Source: a virus
DNA length: 64,000 bases
Reading direction: 5' to 3' (one strand)
Virus record (IMG/VR): IMGVR_UViG_3300043427_001988
Coordinates: 4,927 to 68,926 of that record
Shown here: positions 34,531 to 45,277 of the stretch, piece by piece
Position numbering within the stretch: position 1 is the stretch's first letter
Layout of the letters: the number at the start of each line of letters is the position of its first letter
The notes under the pieces: generated by a model
Told to the model about the DNA's origin: nothing
What the model saw: only the letters and a program-made list of their open reading frames with translations
The model's database searches: none
Program-made: the position numbers and the translations under genes

Positions 34531-34929
34531 ATGGTATTAGATTACGTAGTAGGGCAAGGTGAATATTACGAGGATATTGATGATTTTTTGAAGGACGACC
34601 CTACACTTGAAGTAGACGTAAAGGCGACCGGGATGCGAAAGCGACTACGTATTCGAGCATTGACGTTTGCACAGATGGAGCGAATTAACAAGGCATCCAT
34701 TGTAGACAACAAGGTAGATAACACTGAGTTTGTTCTTAACACGCTCGTTGAAGGTATTGTTCGCCCGAAGTTAAATACAGCACAAGCACGAAGGCTCCTG
34801 GATGCCCACGGAGAAACGGTGAAGGAAATTGCAGACTCAATCTGGCAACTTGGAAGAGTATCACGCGGTGCTTTTGAGCAGTACATCAAAGCACTACAAG
34901 AGTCCAGCGACCTACCTACCGACGAGTAG
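34531..34929 (+). CDS. tail assembly chaperone
   Basis: LRIRALT...EGIVRPKL; between tube and tape measure. Confidence 0.75.
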   Translation: MVLDYVVGQGEYYEDIDDFLKDDPTLEVDVKATGMRKRLRIRALTFAQMERINKASIVDNKVDNTEFVLNTLVEGIVRPKLNTAQARRLLDAHGETVKEIADSIWQLGRVSRGAFEQYIKALQESSDLPTDE

Positions 34930-35203
34930 TTATAATGGGCTACATCATACAATTACAAAAGCGTTACTTATTTACGAAGAAACCGCCCAATGGGTATATT
35001 CGTTTATACCATCAGATAAAATAAACATTCTCCATATTAAAAGGATAAGAGACATATCAGTCGTTGACATCGGTATTTTGCTAAAACTACGCACTATCGA
35101 CAAAGAGGCTGAGATTGCACGAAAGCGCAAAAAACTTGCGGAGAAGGAGAAACAAGAAATACTTGAAGAGGAGGCAGTCGTCCGTATGATTAACGGAGGC
35201 TAA
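34829..35203 (+). CDS. chaperone extension ORF (probably frameshift-expressed)
   Basis: Overlaps the chaperone in the +1 frame, lacks an ATG/RBS start, ends 5 nt before the tape measure. Confidence 0.55.
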   Translation: MQTQSGNLEEYHAVLLSSTSKHYKSPATYLPTSSYNGLHHTITKALLIYEETAQWVYSFIPSDKINILHIKRIRDISVVDIGILLKLRTIDKEAEIARKRKKLAEKEKQEILEEEAVVRMINGG

Positions 35204-35208
35204 GAAAG

Positions 35209-38200
35209 ATGACTACACCATCACCCAGAATTAGTATTCTGTTTGACTCAAACGCAAAGTCAGTTGCGAAGCAAGTTAAGGATTTGGAGAATGTCCTTAG
35301 CGATATTAATAGAAAAGGCTCCGGAAGAAGAAGAGCTGTGTCAGGTCAATCGCGCACGGCTATTGGGGCTGTAGCTGAGCAGATTAACCGTGCGGATATG
35401 ACACGACCTGGCTCACAGAACGTCATTAGAGCTGCAAGTCAGGCTGGCTTAGGAACACAACTGGAAGCCACAGCCACGATGGCCGGGACTATGATTGGCG
35501 GTGTACTTGGAAAAGAACTCCAACAAGGTATTGGGTATCTCGTCAATGAAAACATGCGCCCCATTAAACAGGCTATCGCTCGTTTACGAGAGCAAGCCGC
35601 ATCATCAACAAGCCCTGCAATAGCTGCGAACATAACACAGACTGCCGACGATTTACAGGCGCAATTATCTGCGTATCAAGAACTAGCAGTCTCAAGAAAA
35701 TCCGCACTTCAATCCTTACAAGAACCAAAAGTTCTTGAAAATCTAGAGAGAGTCCGTTCCCAATACAACCGATTAGGTTTAGACGTTGGTTCAATAGGTG
35801 ACTTAGGGAAGTTTGCTTCTCAGTTATCAACGATTAGTCCTGGAGTTGCTGGGTCTATTTCAATGCTTACAGCTAATGTAGAGAACTTAGACCCGCAGGA
35901 GTATACAAAACAATTTCAAAGAATCGCAAGTGAAGGTTTAAAACAAGTTGATTCTCAGAAAAGAGAATTAGAAGCGGCTATCCAACGGCAAACCAGCAGG
36001 TCTGACCGCAGAATGGGGACTTCATTTACAAGAGTTTTTGAAGACCGCTTCGGTAAAATTGCGGACTTTTTAAGTGGCGCGGCTACTTTTGATAAAAGCT
36101 CCTTACCCAATCAAATGGCGATGTCTGTGTTTAGAGACCAGATTAAGGCAACCGCACCAAGCTCTATCCGAAGTCAATTAGACGCGCGGAATATTTCGCA
36201 GTTACAAGCCTTAGCCAGTGCTCGTGCTGGAGGAGACCCTGCACAAGTAGCGACCGCATTAGTAGCCGCAGAAAAGGCAATCCAACGCAGAATAAGGGCT
36301 GTACAGGAAGACTTAACAAAGCTTACAAAAATAGCTGAGGCTAGTGGAGACAACGACTTAAAAGCGGCGATTAATCAGTTGCGTGTAACTGCTAACGAGG
36401 CGCAACAAAAGCTTCTAAATCAGGTAACTGGCGCACAGCGTTCTATTCAAACCGGCATGATGCGTCAGCTGGACGCATCTCTTAAAACCTTCACCGACTC
36501 TGTATCAGGGGCTGGTGGAGATAGGGCCGGAATAACAACCCGCCAAGGATTACTTGAATACAACAATCGCCTTACTGGGTATATTGGAGACTTATTTCAA
36601 GCTACTAATAAATCGTTTGCAAATGTGCAATTTCAGTCCTTAGGTGGGCAGAGCCTTGCACAACTGTTTCCCGGTAAGGGCGGTGGTCTTGGTGCAAAAG
36701 CGAACTTCCTAACCAATCAGGTTCTTGCTCCAACAGGATTTTTTAAAGAAGCTACTGCGGAGGGTAGAATATCCGCATTAGGCCAGGCAGTAGACCAGGT
36801 AGAGCCGAAGTTAAAAGCACTCGGTCTAAGTGGGCAGGAGCTTGCTGATGCGTCAGAGCAGTTACGTGCTGTTCTTTTGCGGGTAATGAAGTCGTATGAG
36901 CCAGTCATCTCTACAGCAAACCGTCTTAACGCGGTGCAGTTTGAAGCTGCAAGAGCTAGAGCAGAGAGAGCTATTGCAACAGGTGACTACGCAGGTGCTC
37001 GCGCAGCAATTACTGATTTACAGAACTATACTACAACAACAGTACCTACAAGTAGAAAAGCCCCGCTTACTACTGAAGCACAAATGACTGCTCAGGTAGC
37101 GGGTGATTTATCTCCTAAAGGCTTAATTAACTACGAAGAAAACATTGATAGAATTGAGCGTGATATTGAACGTGCTCAAAATCGTGCAAATCGAGATGGA
37201 TTATTTACTCGACTCGGCCGTTTTGCGGGCCGTGCGCTGTCTATCTTCGGTGGTTTGCAGTTTGCTATTGGCGGTACGGCTCAAGCTATCGGAACTTTAG
37301 TTGAACAAGCTAACGCGCTAGATAGAGCAGCAGCTACGGTTAATGCATTGTCAGGTTCTTTTAAAGGATTTAATCAGGTTCTGACGCTTGCGGCTACTCA
37401 ACAAGCAAAGTTTGGTGGTACGCTAGAGCAGAACTTGCAGGGTTTTAACAGTCTTATTCCTATCTCAAAAAGATACGGCGCAGACTTACTGCAATTAGAT
37501 AATATCGCTCGGCGTTTAGCTGTGATTGACCCTTTGCAAGGGTTTGCAGGTGCTTCTATTGCGCTTAAAGAATTCTTTTCTGGCGACATCACTTCACTTT
37601 CACGGCGTTTTGAAATTGACCGTAAGACTCTTAACAGCATTAAAGACGCGGGTGGTCAGTTAGAACAGCTCCAGAAGCTTGACGAAGTACTTGCTGATTT
37701 GGGTATTTCCAATGCGGTGCTTGAGGCGAGAACCCAAACAACAGCGGCAACCTATGACCAATTCGGCGCGACACTTAGCAATTTTACGACACTGGTTGGT
37801 AAACGATTACAAGGTGGTTTTGAGGGGCTAGTTCTTGCGATGACTAACAGTTTAGATGTGACCAATACACTAAATGAAGCACTTGCAAACGAGCAAGCCT
37901 ATATTAACTTATCTACAAATATTGAACGAGTCTCTCGTAAAATTAACATGCTGCAAACAGAAACAGAAAAAATTGAAAACCCATTAACTAAGTACACAGG
38001 CGACTTTGTAAACTTAGATGCACTAGTAGATAAAAATGCGAAGTCAGTTTCTGAGTTAGTAGATGAGTGGAACAGCTTAATTATAGAATTAAATAGACTA
38101 CGCGCTTTAGAGGGTAAGCCACTGCTCGCCTTGTTTAGTCAGCAAGATACACAACTCATCCAAGACTTAGTTGCATTAAGCAATCGTACTGGAATATCTG

Positions 38201-40782
38201 TAATGAGTTTGCTTGAGGGTCGTGACCCTATTACAGGTCAGATGCTCTCTACAGAGCAGACCTTTCAACAAGCTTCTGGGCAAGTCGCGTGGTGGGAAGA
38301 GGCTCTTGCAAACTTGTTTGCGTATGAAACGGAGAATGTACGGCGCAGAAATGATATTGCAGCTCTCGCTGGTAGACCTGGAGGTCAAGGTGGTCTTGCA
38401 GGTATTCGTCAGTTTACAGACCCATTATTTTTAGCGGAAAAGTATTTTTCAGAACAGTCCATGAATCGTGTACAAGAAGACTACGGTATCTTTGGCGGAC
38501 TAATTCCTATGGTTGGATTTGATTTACAAAAGAACTTGGATAAGGTCGCCCCTGCATACTTAGAGCAACTACAAGCACAAACAAAGGCACTAGATACTAA
38601 TACAGGATTTTATGAAGCACAAGCAAGAGTTCTGGAAGAGCAAACAGGGATTAATTATGCAGAAACCGCAGCTGAGTACCAACGACAACTTCAATCCGGT
38701 GAGTTGTCACAAGAAGAAGCGAATGCAATTGTCCTTAAACTTATTGAGTTAAACAAAAAACTTCTAGAAGTAACAGAGGAGCGAGTTCGCTACGAGTCGG
38801 ACTACATTACACAGAATCTAGCTACAGCGTCTTCTTTCGGCGGTCAAGCTCTTAATGAAAGTTTGGTTGGAAGAATCAACCAGATTACTCAAGACAATGC
38901 ATCAGTCGCTCAGCAGATTATATCACAAATGTACTTAGGCCTTGGTGGTGGTGCGTCCGCGGCAGGTATGTCCCCTCAACTACGCGCACTAGTCAAATCT
39001 GCGGAGGAAATGTATGGATTAACGCGCGAGCAGTTATACTATATGTCTCAATTAGAACGTAGACAAGCTAAGCTTACGTTAGAGGCGAACAAAAGCGTTT
39101 CTGCATACGGTGCCTTGAATGCCCAGATGTCTGGAATGCAGATTACCCTTCAGGACGCGGTTAGGCTTGCCATGGAATTTAACGAGGGTGTTCAAGGGAT
39201 TGTATCAGGTACAATGCTTGGGCAACTTTCTTTAGATGACCGATTGCGATTCTTCCAAGGTGAGTATTCTAATCCGATGTCAATGCAGAATCAAAGTGAC
39301 GTACTTGGTAATTTAGATTCTATTCTAGGATTAATACTCGAAAAAGAGCAGGAACGTTTAGACCTTGCGGCTGAAGAAAAAAATCTCGCGCAAGAAAGAG
39401 CCGAGGAGGCACGCAAGGCAGACGAAGACCGCGTTGAATACGAGAAAGACCGTAATGACTTAATTAAAGACGCTGAAAAAGACCGTGTAGATTTACAAAA
39501 AGATTATGAGGATAAGAAGTTAAAACTTCTTGAGGACTACGAGGAAAAGAAAACTGACCTTGTAGAAGATTTTGAAAAGAAGAAACTCCAAGCAATTCTT
39601 GATGCACAACTGTCGGTAAAAGAAAACCGCACAGACTTTTTTAGTGCATTAATAGGTGCTGAAACTTTAACCGAGGCTGATAGAAATAGGTTTACTGGTG
39701 AATATGATAAACTAGTAGAAGAGGCTGCAAGATTGCGTGAGGGTGGTAGCTTTGAAGCTGCTGAACAAGTGTTACGGTCAGGCCTTGAATTACTAACAAA
39801 TCAAATTAATCTTTTGGACCAGCTTAATCAAAGTCAAGAAGAGTTAGCGGAAACCAGCAAGCAACTTACCGAGATTACAAAAACCTCGCAGTCAGGTATT
39901 TTTGGTACTGGTTTATCAAAAGAAAAAGACAAACTGGAAGAAGATTCTAAAAATCTTCAAGAAGAAATTGCACGTCTTGAACAGCGTATTAAAGACTTGA
40001 AAGTACTTCAACAACTGCAATATGACGAGGACCTTACTCGTTTAGAGCAGGCTCGTAAACTACGGGATAAAGAAAAGACTGAGTTCAAAGACATGCTTGA
40101 CGAAATGAATGACGACTATAAGAAAAGTCTTGGAGAGATGGATGAGGATTATAAAAAATCGTTAACTGAGCGTGAGGCAGACTTCAAGGAGTCGTTAACT
40201 ACTCTGGATGATGAGTTTCAAAAGAATCTTAATAAACAAAAAGACGCAACTATAGAGGCTGAAAAAGCGCAGATTATATCCTTTGACGATATGATGAAGT
40301 TTAGACAAGCTGGTTATATTGCGATGGAGGCTGCTAGACTTGCAGCCGAGGGTGGTAATCGAGAGGATATTCAAAAACAATTGAGCGGGCAGTTATCATC
40401 AGTTAAAGATTATTTTTCACAGAGAAACACACCTGCGGCCAGAGCTATTCTTGAAGCCTTAACAAAGCTTGAAACATTACCTCCAGGAATACAACAAGGC
40501 TTTAATCCAGCGATAGCGAGTGCAATCGGGACTAGTACTCAAAATAACCCATATCTAGAGGAGATGCTCCGTGCTGGAGTTTCTAAAGAAGATATGATGG
40601 CTGCACCAGCAATTGCACCGTTCCAAGCAGCTCTTATTTCTAATACGGGCGAGTTGGAGACTAACACGAGTGCTATCAAAAAGTCTACAGAGGCTATAAA
40701 ACGTTTAGGAGATATTCTAGAAAAGCGTCCTGCGCCACCATTAAATCGTCCTATACAACCAGGAAGTTCAGCAGTTGGTTAA
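35209..40782 (+). CDS. tape measure protein
   Basis: 1857 aa, A/Q/L-rich helical, position. Confidence 0.9.
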   Translation: MTTPSPRISILFDSNAKSVAKQVKDLENVLSDINRKGSGRRRAVSGQSRTAIGAVAEQINRADMTRPGSQNVIRAASQAGLGTQLEATATMAGTMIGGVLGKELQQGIGYLVNENMRPIKQAIARLREQAASSTSPAIAANITQTADDLQAQLSAYQELAVSRKSALQSLQEPKVLENLERVRSQYNRLGLDVGSIGDLGKFASQLSTISPGVAGSISMLTANVENLDPQEYTKQFQRIASEGLKQVDSQKRELEAAIQRQTSRSDRRMGTSFTRVFEDRFGKIADFLSGAATFDKSSLPNQMAMSVFRDQIKATAPSSIRSQLDARNISQLQALASARAGGDPAQVATALVAAEKAIQRRIRAVQEDLTKLTKIAEASGDNDLKAAINQLRVTANEAQQKLLNQVTGAQRSIQTGMMRQLDASLKTFTDSVSGAGGDRAGITTRQGLLEYNNRLTGYIGDLFQATNKSFANVQFQSLGGQSLAQLFPGKGGGLGAKANFLTNQVLAPTGFFKEATAEGRISALGQAVDQVEPKLKALGLSGQELADASEQLRAVLLRVMKSYEPVISTANRLNAVQFEAARARAERAIATGDYAGARAAITDLQNYTTTTVPTSRKAPLTTEAQMTAQVAGDLSPKGLINYEENIDRIERDIERAQNRANRDGLFTRLGRFAGRALSIFGGLQFAIGGTAQAIGTLVEQANALDRAAATVNALSGSFKGFNQVLTLAATQQAKFGGTLEQNLQGFNSLIPISKRYGADLLQLDNIARRLAVIDPLQGFAGASIALKEFFSGDITSLSRRFEIDRKTLNSIKDAGGQLEQLQKLDEVLADLGISNAVLEARTQTTAATYDQFGATLSNFTTLVGKRLQGGFEGLVLAMTNSLDVTNTLNEALANEQAYINLSTNIERVSRKINMLQTETEKIENPLTKYTGDFVNLDALVDKNAKSVSELVDEWNSLIIELNRLRALEGKPLLALFSQQDTQLIQDLVALSNRTGISVMSLLEGRDPITGQMLSTEQTFQQASGQVAWWEEALANLFAYETENVRRRNDIAALAGRPGGQGGLAGIRQFTDPLFLAEKYFSEQSMNRVQEDYGIFGGLIPMVGFDLQKNLDKVAPAYLEQLQAQTKALDTNTGFYEAQARVLEEQTGINYAETAAEYQRQLQSGELSQEEANAIVLKLIELNKKLLEVTEERVRYESDYITQNLATASSFGGQALNESLVGRINQITQDNASVAQQIISQMYLGLGGGASAAGMSPQLRALVKSAEEMYGLTREQLYYMSQLERRQAKLTLEANKSVSAYGALNAQMSGMQITLQDAVRLAMEFNEGVQGIVSGTMLGQLSLDDRLRFFQGEYSNPMSMQNQSDVLGNLDSILGLILEKEQERLDLAAEEKNLAQERAEEARKADEDRVEYEKDRNDLIKDAEKDRVDLQKDYEDKKLKLLEDYEEKKTDLVEDFEKKKLQAILDAQLSVKENRTDFFSALIGAETLTEADRNRFTGEYDKLVEEAARLREGGSFEAAEQVLRSGLELLTNQINLLDQLNQSQEELAETSKQLTEITKTSQSGIFGTGLSKEKDKLEEDSKNLQEEIARLEQRIKDLKVLQQLQYDEDLTRLEQARKLRDKEKTEFKDMLDEMNDDYKKSLGEMDEDYKKSLTEREADFKESLTTLDDEFQKNLNKQKDATIEAEKAQIISFDDMMKFRQAGYIAMEAARLAAEGGNREDIQKQLSGQLSSVKDYFSQRNTPAARAILEALTKLETLPPGIQQGFNPAIASAIGTSTQNNPYLEEMLRAGVSKEDMMAAPAIAPFQAALISNTGELETNTSAIKKSTEAIKRLGDILEKRPAPPLNRPIQPGSSAVG

Positions 40783-40791
40783 GGAGAACTT

Positions 40792-41166
40792 ATGCCACAA
40801 ATATTTATTAGCGGGTACTACTCCGGTAGTACCCCTTTTCACTACGAAATTAAACCCAACAGTATAAACATGTCCATAGAAAACTTTGGGGATGATGTAC
40901 GCGCTTTAGACGGTACTAATCATCGCTATCACCGCGCCTATAAGCGTAAGTGGAGTTTGTCTTTTCAAAATGTTTCTTCAGGAATTGCGAATACATTAGA
41001 CCGAATCTTCACCACGCCTGACGAGTTTGTGTTTCAGGACATAGAAGGTAATACATATAGTGTATTTACCGACGCAAATACATTCCGCCGGACTATTTCG
41101 GCAACGACCGTGTCTCTACAAGGGGTAAGATTGTACACCGTTACATTCGACTTATGTGAAGTATGA
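40792..41166 (+). CDS. distal tail-like protein
   Basis: RALDGT...KRKWSLSF; follows the tape measure. Confidence 0.65.
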   Translation: MPQIFISGYYSGSTPFHYEIKPNSINMSIENFGDDVRALDGTNHRYHRAYKRKWSLSFQNVSSGIANTLDRIFTTPDEFVFQDIEGNTYSVFTDANTFRRTISATTVSLQGVRLYTVTFDLCEV

Positions 41167-42860
41167 TTAAAAATTCGCGACAGTACTTAAAGATTACATA
41201 CAACGACGGAGTAACATCACTCGTTATTCCACCCAGGTACATCGCAGATGTGCAAGGAAGTTTTTCAGCTGAGTTTAATCCAAACACGGAGTTAATGACG
41301 GGGATTGCTCCTCCAAGCACCGCACAGGTACGTATCTTGCGTCCAAGTGATTTTCCTCAACTAACTGCATTTCTTTCACGCTCGTTTGACTGGCGTATGA
41401 CCAAGGTTGAAATGTTTTACAGTGATAATAGTGGTCAAAACTTTTTTAAAGTAAACGAGGGTTTAATATTTGTTCGACAAGAGACTAACGTTGATGTAAC
41501 TTTTACTATCCGTGGTTATCTTGATTTATTCAATATTACATTAGTAGAAAGTCCACTATTCCGCAATCGTCAAGTTGCCACAACAATCCCCACCGGCTCT
41601 ACTGACGCGGAAAAAGCAGGTTTACTACAAACACAAAATCCGTACATTTTAGCAGGCGCAGGAGTTGGGGTATTAAATGCACTTCTCTGGGCAATTGGCG
41701 GCCGTCCTTATAACTACAAGTCACTGTATGATAATCAGTACACAACTGTTTCAGGTGAGTACCCTAAGTTTTACTTTGACATGGATGCATCAGTACTAAA
41801 CCCTGAATGGGTTTGGTTTAATTATGAAAATTTACTTGAGGATATTAATTCACTCTGTAAAGCTTCAGGGGGTATTTTACGCCAAGACGGGAACGGAGTT
41901 ATTCGTTTTGAAAACATACTTAACTTTAGAAAACAATTTAGTGGAATAACGTTAACGGATGCTCATTACTCTACGCTGGCTATTGAAGAACTTGGTACAG
42001 AACCATATAATCGAATTGTAGGAACGTATACACCAAGGTATCTTAGTGGTTCTCAAATAGTATACTCAGAAGCCTTACGCGATAATTTATCGTACAACTC
42101 AAGCCTTACTAGACAGATTAGTTTTGAAAAACCCGTCTGGAAAATTTTAAACACTACGGTTTCTGGACAACTTAGTGATACCGTAGTAAGTAGTTCTTAC
42201 CGAGTAGTTAATGACTCTGAGCAAATTGAGTCATTAGATTACGTCGGAACAACTCGTCCAATTTCCTTTAGAATACTTCCCCATACTACTTTTTGTGTTA
42301 CTAAGTACGTAGCTTCTGGAACTGCTGGTAATTTTGCGTTAGTTCAGGATTTAAATGTAGTGTCCAGTCAAGCAACGACCCTAGATATACTAAACAATCA
42401 AGTAAGTGATTTTTCAAGTTTATACATAGGTGAAGTTAAGCTATATGGCCGTTCGCTAGAGTCTGCTACACAACAGCGGTATATCCTTCCAATAAGACAG
42501 TATGCAACAATCAGTGGATTTAAAGAACTAACTCTCCCTGATAACCCATACGTTCAATCATCGAACCACATACAAAGACTTGCGGTTGTTTCAAAGTACC
42601 TTATGGAAAATAATCGTATGCGCGTCGGTCTTGGGGATGTTCCGTTTATAAGCGGTCTTGTTCTTGGGAGTGTGGTACGTATCAATAGTGCGCTAAATGA
42701 GTTAGATGATTATTTTAAAGTAACGCAGATAACACACACAGATGCATTTAGTCGTATGGACCTAGAGGTAATTTCTGTTTCAGGCTTATACATGCAGGAT
42801 GATTTGTTCATTGTAGGTAATTCTTATACAAACACCGATGTAAAGGTACTTTCTTTTTAG
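41163..42860 (+). CDS. tail hub/baseplate protein
   Basis: GILRQDGNGVIRF, DNPYVQ, FKVTQIT; position. Confidence 0.65.
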   Translation: MIKNSRQYLKITYNDGVTSLVIPPRYIADVQGSFSAEFNPNTELMTGIAPPSTAQVRILRPSDFPQLTAFLSRSFDWRMTKVEMFYSDNSGQNFFKVNEGLIFVRQETNVDVTFTIRGYLDLFNITLVESPLFRNRQVATTIPTGSTDAEKAGLLQTQNPYILAGAGVGVLNALLWAIGGRPYNYKSLYDNQYTTVSGEYPKFYFDMDASVLNPEWVWFNYENLLEDINSLCKASGGILRQDGNGVIRFENILNFRKQFSGITLTDAHYSTLAIEELGTEPYNRIVGTYTPRYLSGSQIVYSEALRDNLSYNSSLTRQISFEKPVWKILNTTVSGQLSDTVVSSSYRVVNDSEQIESLDYVGTTRPISFRILPHTTFCVTKYVASGTAGNFALVQDLNVVSSQATTLDILNNQVSDFSSLYIGEVKLYGRSLESATQQRYILPIRQYATISGFKELTLPDNPYVQSSNHIQRLAVVSKYLMENNRMRVGLGDVPFISGLVLGSVVRINSALNELDDYFKVTQITHTDAFSRMDLEVISVSGLYMQDDLFIVGNSYTNTDVKVLSF

Positions 42861-42868
42861 GGGGTTAA

Positions 42869-45277
42869 ATGATTACTGATTTTCAAGCAGTACCGCAGTT
42901 TAATAACGGACAGGCAATTTCAGCGTCTGATTTAAACGCCCTGCTATATAACAACTCGCTAATCGAGCGAATTGCAAACTCAAATCAACCTTTGTTTATG
43001 ATGAGTCACGCATACTCGCCGACGTTTCTTCCTGCGTCTTGGCTTGATTCTGACTACAACTTCTGGGAAGGGTCGTTTTTGTACCGCGAGGGTATGCGAT
43101 ACGCGTACATTGGGTTTTGGTATAAATTGGAAAACGCATTAGACATTACAAATGAGTTTGCATTGGGTAACTTGCGAGGAGACCCCTCGCCAACCCAGAT
43201 GGCTTTGCATATCTGTGCTTCTTTAAATTCAAAGGAGCGTCCTGTGAGCTACAGCAACACCGGCGTGCAGTACTTTGCATTTGCAGACGCTTCTCGTGCA
43301 TTGACCACTAACACTACGGGAACCACTACGGAGGGGAAGGAGTTTCAACACACGATTACTATTCGTGAAGGTGCGGGTTCTGGTTCACAGAGTACGCAAG
43401 TTAATGCTGGACAAACGTACATTACACCAAATTCTCGTGTATCAACCGTGCGCATGGATATTGGTAATATGGGATTTTCTGATGGTGAGATTGTTACTGT
43501 TCGGTTATGGATAGGCACATACTCAAGGTATGCAACATATTTCGACCAATTTGCGTCTATACGAGACGTTTTAAGAAGTAACACAACTAATCCTGGGTCG
43601 ATTCCTGGTTTTTTCGATACATACTTTATCAACTACGGGGTTTTGTACGCACAAACCGACGGTGACTTATCATATACAGCTAACTGGCCTAGTACTAATT
43701 ATTCAGGAACATTATCCCAGAATGATTTAGGTATAATTACAAAAAAACAATCTTATATCAAGGAACGCATACAGCAAAGACCTAGACCGCTTACAGGTTC
43801 CATTGTGTACATAGGTACTAGAGGTGGAACTGCTTCTTTATTTTACCCAAAGGGAGACCATAACCTTGGAGACCCTGACTACACTAAAGAAAATTACTGG
43901 ATGCCAAGAAGTTCTACAACGTTTGAACCGATGTACGCAGATTCTGTAAACATGGTAACCGGCTATAATATTAACTCTTGTTTAGCTTCTTTTTCATGGA
44001 ATCCCTATTTATCTAAATACGATACTATTTATTTTGATATGCGGTTCTTTGGTAGAGGAAATACACGACAAGTACTATTAGCAGATTTAGCAGAACAACC
44101 AACGGGGTTGTCATCGTTTAGGCGTGTCCGCAGGGCAGACGACGCTAGTAAATTGTATCCTTATATACTTGGAGATGTTATCTCAAGTGATGCAAACAGT
44201 TCTTTTTACGGGGCTTATGGTTCAGCAAGTGCGTTATCCGCGGGTGTTGAGGAGCCTTATAATGCGGCTAGGTTTAAAACTTATTTAAATAAAGCGTTTA
44301 ACGTGCGTATACCGTCGCCATACACACCGGTATATTCACCAGAGTTACAAGTTTATTCAAACCAAAATAACGCACGCACTAATTACTATCTAGCAAGCGG
44401 ATTATGGGAAGACTCTATACCTATACGCTTCACTGAAGACGTTGTTGACGGTATATACACTTCGTGGGGTTTATTTAAATCTGATAATCAAACAGTGCAG
44501 TTTGGTTTTCGCAGTGACCTTGACCCTGCTATTATTAATAGCACGTTCCCTTTAGAAATTCCCGTACCCAATGGTGAAAGATTTTATGCTCACTCGTACC
44601 AGGCTATCTATAACGGCCCTACTTGGAAGTGGGTTACTGCAAATGGTGTTCGTGGATATGCCCCTGTATTTATTAATTTATACGACCACTCAGGTACTGA
44701 TAACGTTAATAAAGAAAATTATACAAGCTTTATACATGTTTTTGGTATGAGTACTGGTTCTCCAGAGTATAGAGATTATGCAACCCCTGTGGACTACAGT
44801 GCGGAACAACAACTAACCTATAGTGGTTTAGTTAACGAGTTAACCAGTATTCACACAGAGTTAAATACGTATTATACAGAACTGTTTTCAGTGAATCCTT
44901 ACTTTTCTCGGTACGACATGTTCTGGGGTGCTCCAAAATCACCCACTGACTACATGCCATTACTAACGGAGTACAAAGAAAAATTTTTCTATTTTAGTGG
45001 GCAACGGCAAGGTAACTACTTGATTCTAAGAGGAAAAGATGTTACAATGTATTGGGGAGAGGTAGAAGAAGTAAATCTTACTGACGAGATTAAAGGAAGT
45101 CTTTACCCAGCTTCATCGGTAAACCTCACGTTTAGTGATAGTACAGGACTTATTAGCGGGGACACAGAGGAAACGGTCATTGTAAATCTAGACGCTTTAG
45201 GCATACCGCTAGGTTCACGCTATCATCTACAAGGAGAGGTAATTTATGCGGCAGAGTTTTTTGAGGAGCCACTATGA
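42869..45277 (+). CDS. minor tail protein
   Basis: GQAISASDLN N-terminus; beta-rich. Confidence 0.6.
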   Translation: MITDFQAVPQFNNGQAISASDLNALLYNNSLIERIANSNQPLFMMSHAYSPTFLPASWLDSDYNFWEGSFLYREGMRYAYIGFWYKLENALDITNEFALGNLRGDPSPTQMALHICASLNSKERPVSYSNTGVQYFAFADASRALTTNTTGTTTEGKEFQHTITIREGAGSGSQSTQVNAGQTYITPNSRVSTVRMDIGNMGFSDGEIVTVRLWIGTYSRYATYFDQFASIRDVLRSNTTNPGSIPGFFDTYFINYGVLYAQTDGDLSYTANWPSTNYSGTLSQNDLGIITKKQSYIKERIQQRPRPLTGSIVYIGTRGGTASLFYPKGDHNLGDPDYTKENYWMPRSSTTFEPMYADSVNMVTGYNINSCLASFSWNPYLSKYDTIYFDMRFFGRGNTRQVLLADLAEQPTGLSSFRRVRRADDASKLYPYILGDVISSDANSSFYGAYGSASALSAGVEEPYNAARFKTYLNKAFNVRIPSPYTPVYSPELQVYSNQNNARTNYYLASGLWEDSIPIRFTEDVVDGIYTSWGLFKSDNQTVQFGFRSDLDPAIINSTFPLEIPVPNGERFYAHSYQAIYNGPTWKWVTANGVRGYAPVFINLYDHSGTDNVNKENYTSFIHVFGMSTGSPEYRDYATPVDYSAEQQLTYSGLVNELTSIHTELNTYYTELFSVNPYFSRYDMFWGAPKSPTDYMPLLTEYKEKFFYFSGQRQGNYLILRGKDVTMYWGEVEEVNLTDEIKGSLYPASSVNLTFSDSTGLISGDTEETVIVNLDALGIPLGSRYHLQGEVIYAAEFFEEPL

